Shown one piece after another: positions 6,233 to 12,786 of a stretch of DNA of 12,786 nucleotides (positions within the stretch are counted from its first letter, which is position 1; each line of letters begins with the position of its first letter). Source of the DNA: Bellilinea caldifistulae. GTDB lineage: Bacteria; Chloroflexota; Anaerolineae; Anaerolineales; Anaerolineaceae. The position numbers were made by a program, and so were the translations under genes. The stretch is taken from contig NZ_LGHJ01000026.1 of assembly GCF_001306055.1 (NCBI RefSeq), forward strand, positions 1-12,786. The letters are read 5' to 3'. The notes below the pieces were generated by a model, which was not told the DNA's origin, did no database searches, and saw only the letters and a program-made list of their open reading frames with translations.

Positions 6233-6901
6233 ATGAATTTTTTAGAAATGCTGGCCGGTCAGGCCGCCATTGCAATTGAGGACAGCCAATTACTATCGGA
6301 TCTCCAGTACCACATCAACGAATTGCAAACCGCTTACGATACAACCTTACAGGGATGGGCAAAAGCTCTCGAAATTCGCGATGCCGAAACCCAAAACCAC
6401 AGCCAGCGAGTTACGCAAATCACGCTCGCACTGGCAAAGAGGTTGGGAGTTGATGAAACGCAATTACCGCATATCCGGCGGGGAATACTACTCCATGATA
6501 TTGGCAAAATGGGTATTCCTGATTCGATCCTGAACAAGGCCGGTCCCCTGACGCCCGAAGAATGGGAAATTATGCGTCGCCATCCTCAAATGGCCTATGA
6601 TGTCCTCTCCGGAATTCCCTTTCTGAGGCCGGCGCTTGACATTCCATATTACCACCATGAAAAGTGGGATGGTAGCGGTTATCCGCAAGGGTTGAAAGGC
6701 GAGGAGATACCGTTGGCTGCCCGGATTTTTGCAGTTGTGGATGTTTGGGATGCCTTATTATCAGATAGACCCTATCGCCCGGCGTGGGAAAAAACCAAGG
6801 TAATATCCTATTTACGCGAACAGGCTGGAAAACATTTCGATCCAAAAATTGTGGAGGTATTTTTAGAGTTAATTTTAGAAGAGGAAGAAAAAAACGATTA
6901 G
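6233..6901 (+). CDS. Signalling protein, 3' fragment: end of GAF2 plus an HD-GYP domain (c-di-GMP phosphodiesterase type)
   Basis: HSQRVTQITLALA, LLHDIGKMGIP and HHEKWDGSGYP are the diagnostic HD and GYP motifs. The open frame extends upstream to 6161, so ATG 6233 is probably not a real start. Confidence 0.85.
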   Translation: MNFLEMLAGQAAIAIEDSQLLSDLQYHINELQTAYDTTLQGWAKALEIRDAETQNHSQRVTQITLALAKRLGVDETQLPHIRRGILLHDIGKMGIPDSILNKAGPLTPEEWEIMRRHPQMAYDVLSGIPFLRPALDIPYYHHEKWDGSGYPQGLKGEEIPLAARIFAVVDVWDALLSDRPYRPAWEKTKVISYLREQAGKHFDPKIVEVFLELILEEEEKND

Positions 6902-7353
6902 TTTTGAGGCAATTTGACCGGCACAATCAATTCGACTTGCCCCTGATTTTCAAAAATTAATGTGATATTGATCTTCTGAGACGGCAACACATCCTGATTA
7001 AGATTTCTCAATCGAACCGATAAGCCGGTTTTTGGAGAAAGCACAACTTTCTCTCCTGGCAGTAGGCGAATTTCCTTACCTTCAAAACCGATAATTTCCA
7101 CCTCTTCACAAATTTCGCTAAAACCCCCTATCAATGCATCCTCGACCTGCCCCTCATTAATAACCTGAAAATAAACAGGCGTATCACTGCCAACTGGGAT
7201 ATGATAAGCATGCTCAGACATCTTGTCCGAATATGCCAGGAGTGCAGCCTGGACCCACGCATCAATGATTTTTATGTCACCAGCCTGGAAAACCGTACAG
7301 CCGCTCAAGAACAACAGGAGAAAAGCCAGTGCAGCTACAATTCGTCTATTCAT
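6898..7353 (-). CDS. Lipoprotein with PCu(A)C/DUF461-like fold, canonical Cu ligands absent
   Basis: The track ORF starts at GTG 7401. ATG 7353 is preferred because it yields MNRRIVAALAFLLLFLSGC, a signal peptide with lipobox LSGC. The mature part follows the PCuAC pattern (IIDAW..., YFQVINEG..D.LIG, VEI, LPGEKVVLSP, ITLIFENQGQVELIVPV). Family assignment is by eye. Confidence 0.6.
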   Translation of the reverse strand: MNRRIVAALAFLLLFLSGCTVFQAGDIKIIDAWVQAALLAYSDKMSEHAYHIPVGSDTPVYFQVINEGQVEDALIGGFSEICEEVEIIGFEGKEIRLLPGEKVVLSPKTGLSVRLRNLNQDVLPSQKINITLIFENQGQVELIVPVKLPQN

Positions 7354-7372
7354 GGCTATGCGAATTTTTAGA

Positions 7373-7855
7373 TCAGATGGACTTTTCCACAATACGACCA
7401 CCGCGCACTGTAGCCCCCACCACCAATCCCGCTGAAATCAAAACTAGATTCTTGATGATGTACTGGCCTTCGAGCGTCGGAGCGTACGGAAAACGCACAA
7501 AGGTTTCTGCAGGGAATAACACCAGCGGCGTCAGTGTACCTGCCATTTGTAGAAAGAGCAACAGTAAGGTTGCTCGCAAAAACTTTCCGGAGATTAAACC
7601 CAAACCGATCAGGCATTCCCATAACGCCAGTAATGGCACTGAGATCTCACTACCAATCAATCCGAACGAGAGAACCTCAATCGTTTTTGCGGCTAGGCCT
7701 TGAGCCGGACTTAAGCCCGGAAAAAACTTCAACACACCAAACCAGAAAAAATTGATCCCAAGGCTGATCCTCAAGAAAGTGATCGAATAGCGCGCCATGA
7801 AACCGGTAATCACTGGATCAATTCGATGGAAAATGGTCATCACACGGTCAATCAT
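7373..7855 (-). CDS. Small polytopic membrane protein, DoxX/DUF417-like
   Basis: ATG 7855 is preferred over the track start at 7876. SD GGAGAGG (7863-7869) lies 5 nt upstream, and the ATG sits 1 nt after the ABC gene stop. The product has about four hydrophobic segments (LRISLGINFFWFGVLKFFP, LALWECLIGLGLI, LLLLFLQMAGTLTPLVLF, IIKNLVLISAGLVVG). Confidence 0.6.
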   Translation of the reverse strand: MIDRVMTIFHRIDPVITGFMARYSITFLRISLGINFFWFGVLKFFPGLSPAQGLAAKTIEVLSFGLIGSEISVPLLALWECLIGLGLISGKFLRATLLLLFLQMAGTLTPLVLFPAETFVRFPYAPTLEGQYIIKNLVLISAGLVVGATVRGGRIVEKSI

Positions 7856-7856
7856 T

Positions 7857-9692
7857 TCAACCTCTCCATTCAACATTAATTTCTTCTTTTAGTTTCCCTG
7901 CCTGCTCGATATATGTTAAAGATTGATGCCGAAAATATGTGTTGTACAGTTCAGCGTAATGCCCCCCTGCTGACATCAATTCCTGATGGGTACCTTGCTC
8001 GATGATTTTACCGTGGTCAAGCACGATGATTCGATCGGCAGATTTAACCGTCGAAAGTCGGTGGGCAATCAAGATGCTGGTAGATTGTGCCAGAACCATT
8101 GATAGGGCTTGTTGGATTTGTCTTTCTGTGAAAGGATCAATGCTGGCAGTGGCCTCATCCAGCACGAAAATTGCCGGTTTTTGAACCAAAACCCGCATCA
8201 AAGAAACCAATTGTCGCTGCCCCATAGATAAGCGGCTTCCTCGCTCACCCACTTGTGTCAACAAACCCTCCGGTAAGGCTTCCAGCCACTCACCATTGCC
8301 GATTTGATAGGCAAGGCGTTCAATCTCTTTTGGACTGGCGCCTTTGCAGGAATACTGGATATTTTCCAACACGGTACCCGAAAACAAAAAAGGTACCTGC
8401 GAAACAATCCCCAGCTGACAGCGGTAACTGCCCAAATCAAAACTGCGGATGTCCAAATGGTCTATCAAGATTTCACCTGCTTGGAATTCATAAAACCGGG
8501 CAATCAATTTAACCACCGAGGATTTTCCTGCCCCCGTGTGACCCACCAGAGCCACCGATTCACCCGGTCGAATGTGCAGGTTGAAATCCTCCAAAACCGG
8601 TTCATTGTCTTTGTAGCGGAAATATACATGCTTGAAATCAATCTGTCCCTTCAATGGCGGAGCTTTGACATTGCCGATTTGAACCACGCTCGGGTCAGCA
8701 TCAATCAGCGCAAAAACCCGTTCGGCTGCCGAAAGACCATTTTGGATTTGAGTCCAGAACGAAGACAGATTCATGACCGGGAACATGAAACGGTCGAGGC
8801 TCAATAAAAACAGATACCACGCCCCTACGGTTACCGCCCCTTGAACAGCGCTCAACCCGCCAACATAAACCAGCAAGGCCGTCATCCAGCCGCCAACGGT
8901 GTTGAGTACCGGGAATACCATAGACAAGACCAGCCCTCGACGAACATTAACCTGATAGGACATTCGGTTAGACTGGTCAAAGATTTCAAAAATTCGACCT
9001 TCTTGGCGAAAATTTTTGGCAACAGCAATTCCAGATACCGTTTCTTTGATCGTTTGATTGACATTTGCCATGGCTCTCATTCCGGCTCGAGTGACTTTGC
9101 GCGCCAGTCCACGAAAACTGGCCGCCAAAAGCACCACAATCGGGATTACCGCAAAGAGAGTTAGCGACAATTGCCATTCAATGTTTATCAGTACAATGGC
9201 AAGGATGAGCGACTCGACCACCTGCGAAATCAGATCGGTGGTCAAAACCACCAGCTGACCAAAGTCCTGTGTATCGCTCGTAATTCGGGAAGCAATTCGT
9301 CCGGAGGAAAACTGGTCGTAAAAAGACAAATCGTGCTCCGCTGCCGAAGCAAAGGCTTCATTGGCCAGTCGAGCAACGACATCAGCCACTGAACGTACCA
9401 CCAGACGGCGTGCCTGCCAGTTTGCCAGCCAGGCAATCACTCCGGTGAGCATGACCGCAAACGGGACAAGCAGCACATTGATCGTTGTCAATTCCTGCTT
9501 AAGAAAATCAATTCCTCTGGAAACCAGTACGGGCAGCAATGCACCCGAACCGGAAACCACCAGAACCAGCAATCCCACCAGTATCAGCCGACGATAATGG
9601 GGGCGGAAATAGACCAGAATACGCCGGACCAGCTCTCGATCACTGTATTTTCGGTCGTATTTTTCGGCATCTAATCCGGCAAAAAATCCCAT
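7857..9692 (-). CDS. ABC exporter fused permease/ATPase subunit (type IV exporter fold); carries the consensus catalytic Glu but a non-canonical signature
   Basis: Six-TM N-terminal domain. Walker A is GHTGAGKSS. The signature is LSMGQ (M490 at 8223-8225). Walker B is IFVLDE (E513 at 8154-8156). The H-loop is IAHRL. Confidence 0.95.
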   Translation of the reverse strand: MGFFAGLDAEKYDRKYSDRELVRRILVYFRPHYRRLILVGLLVLVVSGSGALLPVLVSRGIDFLKQELTTINVLLVPFAVMLTGVIAWLANWQARRLVVRSVADVVARLANEAFASAAEHDLSFYDQFSSGRIASRITSDTQDFGQLVVLTTDLISQVVESLILAIVLINIEWQLSLTLFAVIPIVVLLAASFRGLARKVTRAGMRAMANVNQTIKETVSGIAVAKNFRQEGRIFEIFDQSNRMSYQVNVRRGLVLSMVFPVLNTVGGWMTALLVYVGGLSAVQGAVTVGAWYLFLLSLDRFMFPVMNLSSFWTQIQNGLSAAERVFALIDADPSVVQIGNVKAPPLKGQIDFKHVYFRYKDNEPVLEDFNLHIRPGESVALVGHTGAGKSSVVKLIARFYEFQAGEILIDHLDIRSFDLGSYRCQLGIVSQVPFLFSGTVLENIQYSCKGASPKEIERLAYQIGNGEWLEALPEGLLTQVGERGSRLSMGQRQLVSLMRVLVQKPAIFVLDEATASIDPFTERQIQQALSMVLAQSTSILIAHRLSTVKSADRIIVLDHGKIIEQGTHQELMSAGGHYAELYNTYFRHQSLTYIEQAGKLKEEINVEWRG

Positions 9693-9714
9693 AGCAAATG
9701 GTTCCTATCGCCCT

Positions 9715-11466
9715 TTATAGTTCCTGAAAGATATTCCGATATGTTTCACTGGTTTTCATCAATTCTTCATGACTGCCAACAGCAACCAGCTCGCCTTTGC
9801 GTAAAACCAAAATCAGATCTGCCCAACGGATTTGAGAAAGACGATGGGTAATAATAAAGGTGGTTCGCCCTTGAGCGGCGGTGTAAATCGCGCGTTGAAT
9901 CTTGTCCTCGGTTGCCGAGTCGATTGCGCTGGTTGAATCATCCAGTATCAAAATGCTGGGCTGGGTCAAAAAGGCACGCGCCAATGCCAATCGCTGGCGC
10001 TGGCCACCCGATAGCGTTACACCCCGCTCACCGATGACCGTATCATATCCTTTATCAAAAGACCGGATAAACTCATCAGCCTGTGCAGCGGTGGCAGCCT
10101 TGACAATTTCATCCATGGAAGCACCCGGTTTACCGAAGGCAATATTTTCTGCAATGGTTTGAGAAAACAGGAAAATGTCCTGTTCAATGATTGAAATCTG
10201 CCGCCTTAAGGATTCCAGATTCCAATCCCGAACATCAACTCCATCCACCAGCACTCGTCCACTGGTAACATCGTAAATCCGATTGATCAGCTTTACCAGC
10301 GTGGTTTTACCGCTTCCGGTTTGCCCGACAATTGCCACAATTTGTCCAGGACGCACATGGAAAGAAACATCTTTCAACACAGTTTCGTTGTTCTGATAAG
10401 CAAAACTGACTTGATCAAACACCACATCCCCTTGCATTATGCCATGGTGACCGTTTTCATTTTGGTCGAGATTGTTCTCTCGATTCATCAATTCCAAAAT
10501 CCGCCGGGCACCGGCCAGGCCCAACGATATGCGCGAGTAAGCAAAAATGGAAACGAAAGTCGGGAAAGAAAGCATGACCAGTAATCCAAAGTAAGCAACC
10601 ACATCACCTGTGTTGATCAATCCCTGTTTGAAAAGAATCAGGGCATGCAAAAGACCACCCCCCATGGCAACAGCCAGCAGTAAGGCCGGCAAAAAACGGG
10701 CTTCAATATCTCCTTGCTTAATCGCAGCTTTGCGGTAGCGATCCACATTTTTACCAAAAAGCATGACCTCGCCCTGTTCTTGGGCAGCTCCTTTGACCAC
10801 CTCAATCCCATCCAGGGCTTCGTTCAGTCGGGTGTTGAGAATTCCGAATGAGTAACGTACTTCATCGGTGACCGGTTCCAGTTCTTTCAGGTAGAACCTC
10901 AATAGAATAAAATAGATCACCACAAACAAAAGTGGTACCAAAACCAGGGAAGGATGATAACGAGGAGCAACCACTATAGGAACAAAGATAAAAATCAACG
11001 AACCAATCACCAGATTGACACCGGGAGAAAATAAGAAGTTAACCTCACGGACATCGTTAGTTGCCCGTGCCATGGTGTCTCCCACCGGTTGAAGGCTGTG
11101 AAAGGTCATGCTCTTTCCTAAAAGGGACACATATAATTCCTGCCGGATGTTTCGTTCAATCCTCTGAGCAATCACTTCAAAACCGAAGTTACGGGCAAAT
11201 TGCAGTACACCTCGAATTGTCTGGGAAATCACGATGATCAGGACAATTTGCAGCAGGCGATTGCGATCAAAATTGCCCCCGTTCACCAGATTAACCGCCT
11301 GGCCGATCATCACTGGCACAACACCGGCAAGTCCGGCGTTACCCAATGCGCCAATCACGGCAACAATCACCAGCCACCATTGATATTTCAGGTGGGATAA
11401 AATCCAGCGCACCGGGCCGCGCCGGTCAGTAGAATACAAATGGGGGAAGGAAAATTCAGCGTTCAT
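9715..11466 (-). CDS. ABC exporter fused permease/ATPase subunit; canonical signature but catalytic Glu replaced by Asp
   Basis: Walker A is GQTGSGKTT. The signature is LSGGQRQR. Walker B is ILILDD, with D510 (9937-9939) at the catalytic-base position. The H-loop is ITHRL. A 22-nt gap separates it from the downstream partner gene. Confidence 0.95.
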   Translation of the reverse strand: MNAEFSFPHLYSTDRRGPVRWILSHLKYQWWLVIVAVIGALGNAGLAGVVPVMIGQAVNLVNGGNFDRNRLLQIVLIIVISQTIRGVLQFARNFGFEVIAQRIERNIRQELYVSLLGKSMTFHSLQPVGDTMARATNDVREVNFLFSPGVNLVIGSLIFIFVPIVVAPRYHPSLVLVPLLFVVIYFILLRFYLKELEPVTDEVRYSFGILNTRLNEALDGIEVVKGAAQEQGEVMLFGKNVDRYRKAAIKQGDIEARFLPALLLAVAMGGGLLHALILFKQGLINTGDVVAYFGLLVMLSFPTFVSIFAYSRISLGLAGARRILELMNRENNLDQNENGHHGIMQGDVVFDQVSFAYQNNETVLKDVSFHVRPGQIVAIVGQTGSGKTTLVKLINRIYDVTSGRVLVDGVDVRDWNLESLRRQISIIEQDIFLFSQTIAENIAFGKPGASMDEIVKAATAAQADEFIRSFDKGYDTVIGERGVTLSGGQRQRLALARAFLTQPSILILDDSTSAIDSATEDKIQRAIYTAAQGRTTFIITHRLSQIRWADLILVLRKGELVAVGSHEELMKTSETYRNIFQEL

Positions 11467-11484
11467 GGAGTCATCCGGGAAAAA

Positions 11485-11493
11485 ATTGTATCA
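11485..11493 (-). promoter_or_regulatory. Candidate extended -10 promoter (TGaTACAAT) for the ABC operon
   Basis: The minus strand reads TGATACAAT. The implied TSS near 11478 leaves only about 12 nt of leader before ATG 11466, with no SD. There is no good -35 (TGGGAA at 17-nt spacing). Confidence 0.45.
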
Positions 11494-11665
11494 TAGTTAA
11501 ACCCGGCTTCCCATCTCAGCCTTGTTTTGTAAAAAGATCAGATGATAAGTGAACTGCCCCCTCGCTCTTATAAAGAAATGGTCAGAAGGATTATTGGGCT
11601 TCAAGAGCAAGCATTACGAGCATCCTGATTTTCGATGACAAATTGCCATAATCGCCATAAACGGG

Positions 11666-11694
11666 TTGAAATGAGAAAGATTTTTTGCTACAAT
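11666..11694 (+). promoter_or_regulatory. Sigma-70-type promoter of the Lrp/AsnC regulator gene: TTGAAA, 17 nt, TACAAT, with TGc extended -10
   Basis: TTGAAA lies at 11666-11671, followed by an exact 17-nt spacer. TG lies at 11686-11687 and TACAAT at 11689-11694. The -10 overlaps the ATG at 11693 used by the ORF track. Confidence 0.6.
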
Positions 11695-11740
11695 GGGTAT
11701 TGCCTATTCGGAATACATTTTTTCCGTTTCGGAAATTCCC

Positions 11741-12220
11741 ATGACAAAATCAGCACAGTTCGATTTACTGGACTACCAGATCATATTGGAATTACGCAAA
11801 GATGCGCGCAAATCGGCATCGGAAATCGCCCGCGCCCTGAAGGCGAATGAACGCACCGTTCGCAATCGGATTGACCGATTGGTAGAGTCCGGCGCTGTCC
11901 GCCTGACCTCCATCCTTGATCCGCACGCCTTTGGTTATGTCAACACGGTGGATATTTTCCTCGAAGTTGATTCTGATCAGGAACAGTCCGCCATCGAGCA
12001 ATTACTCAAAATGCACGAAGTCTCCTACCTGGCTTACGGTCTGGGAACACAGGACATTTCAATCGAGGCTCGTTTCAAAGACAACGCTGAAATGCGCCAA
12101 TTTTTGGGTAAGGTATTACCTTCTATCCCCGGTGTTCGCGTAAAGGGCTACGCTCTGGTCCCCCGCATACTGCGCAACATTGACGAGTGGTTGCCCAAAC
12201 CCGAGGATTTTGAGGGATGA
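11741..12220 (+). CDS. Lrp/AsnC family transcriptional regulator
   Basis: The HTH_AsnC pattern LDYQIILELRKDARKSASEIARALKANERTVRNRIDRLVESGAV is followed by a RAM-like C-terminal domain. ATG 11741 is preferred over 11693 because the promoter overlaps 11693. Confidence 0.9.
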   Translation: MTKSAQFDLLDYQIILELRKDARKSASEIARALKANERTVRNRIDRLVESGAVRLTSILDPHAFGYVNTVDIFLEVDSDQEQSAIEQLLKMHEVSYLAYGLGTQDISIEARFKDNAEMRQFLGKVLPSIPGVRVKGYALVPRILRNIDEWLPKPEDFEG

Positions 12221-12269
12221 CCCGATGAATATAATGACTATACGAAAATTTTTCTAAGGAGGAACCCCA

Positions 12270-12786
12270 ATGACCTTAAAACACTTTATCGACACTCAGG
12301 ATTTCAGTAAAGAAGAGCTCCTGGAACTGATCGAACTCACCCGTTTGATCAAAGCTGCCGACAAACAAGGCTGCACCCCCAAATTACTCCAGGATGCTAC
12401 ACTGGCGATGATTTTCGAAGAACCGTCCACCCGCACACGGGTTTCTTTCGAGGTCGCCATGACCGAACTGGGCGGTCATGCGCTCTACCTCAAACCCGGC
12501 GAAATTCACCTGGGGGTGCGCGAATCGCTCGGCGATACGGCACAGGTGCTTTCCCGTATGTGCGATGCGATCATGGCACGCACTCTCAAGCACGAGACCA
12601 TCACCGGCCTGGCAAAATACGCTACCGTGCCGGTCATCAACGGACTGACCGACTACAACCATCCGACTCAGGTCGTTTGTGATGTTCTGACCATGATCGA
12701 ACACGCTCCCGCCGGCAAAAAACTGGAAGATTTTAATGTGACCTTCATTGGAGATGCCACCAATGTACTTTCCTCTCTGATGCTCA
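12270..12786 (+). CDS. Ornithine/putrescine carbamoyltransferase family protein, N-terminal 172 codons; continues off the right edge
   Basis: My translation from ATG 12270 gives MTLKHFIDTQDFSKEELLEL...AMIFEEPSTRTRVSFEVAMTELGGHALYL...VPVINGLTDYNHPTQVVCDVLTMIEH. STRTR and HPTQ are the carbamoyl-phosphate binding motifs. SD AAGGAGG lies at 12257-12263. It is absent from the ORF track because it has no stop in the window. Confidence 0.85.
   Translation, partial: MTLKHFIDTQDFSKEELLELIELTRLIKAADKQGCTPKLLQDATLAMIFEEPSTRTRVSFEVAMTELGGHALYLKPGEIHLGVRESLGDTAQVLSRMCDAIMARTLKHETITGLAKYATVPVINGLTDYNHPTQVVCDVLTMIEHAPAGKKLEDFNVTFIGDATNVLSSLML

Noticed and set aside
6233-6235. ATG 6233 as a genuine independent start for a stand-alone HD-GYP protein
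   Set aside because: The frame is open for 72 nt upstream and encodes the missing half of the GAF domain. There is no SD before 6233. A split within a domain points to a frameshift rather than two genes.
7857-11466. Numerous 60-167 aa ORFs on the plus strand inside the ABC genes (for example 8304-8807 and 8841-9164), plus same-strand ORFs in alternative frames (for example 8258-8440, 8882-9064, 8986-9177 and 9242-9436)
   Set aside because: They lie inside two long, motif-rich ABC coding sequences, either antisense or in an alternative frame. Their translations are compositionally odd (Arg/Ser/Cys-rich) and lack SDs. They are typical shadow ORFs.
12384-12704. 106-aa minus-strand ORF
   Set aside because: It is antisense to the carbamoyltransferase reading frame, which carries unambiguous STRTR and HPTQ motifs. 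It is a shadow ORF.

Overview
Bacterial chromosomal segment with no rRNA, tRNA, CRISPR or mobile-element signal. The taxon cannot be assigned from this window alone. Layout from left to right:

1. The 5' end of a family-5 solute-binding lipoprotein gene (- strand).
2. A bicistronic YruB-type glutaredoxin-like gene plus groES operon (- strand). It ends in a clean intrinsic terminator and has no groEL.
3. A translationally coupled pair (+ strand). The first gene fuses an N-terminal GlmS/MutS-like cobalamin-binding domain to a large domain that I infer is a mutase-type TIM barrel. The second encodes an opine (octopine/nopaline) dehydrogenase-family NAD(P) oxidoreductase.
4. A pseudo-receiver/PAS/PAS/GAF/GAF/HD-GYP signalling gene. 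It is split into two ORFs by a +1 frame change inside an A10 homopolymer.
5. A tightly packed four-gene operon (- strand). It holds a heterodimeric ABC exporter with one degenerate ATP site, a DoxX/DUF417-like membrane protein, and a PCuAC-like lipoprotein lacking the canonical Cu ligands.
6. An Lrp/AsnC regulator followed by the 5' part of an ornithine/putrescine carbamoyltransferase-family gene (+ strand).

The best candidates for something undescribed are the B12-domain/mutase-like fusion coupled to the opine-dehydrogenase-like enzyme, and the ABC/DoxX-like/PCuAC-like operon. The A10 frameshift in the HD-GYP gene is the clearest sequence-level anomaly. All product calls rest on motif recognition by eye; no database search was run.
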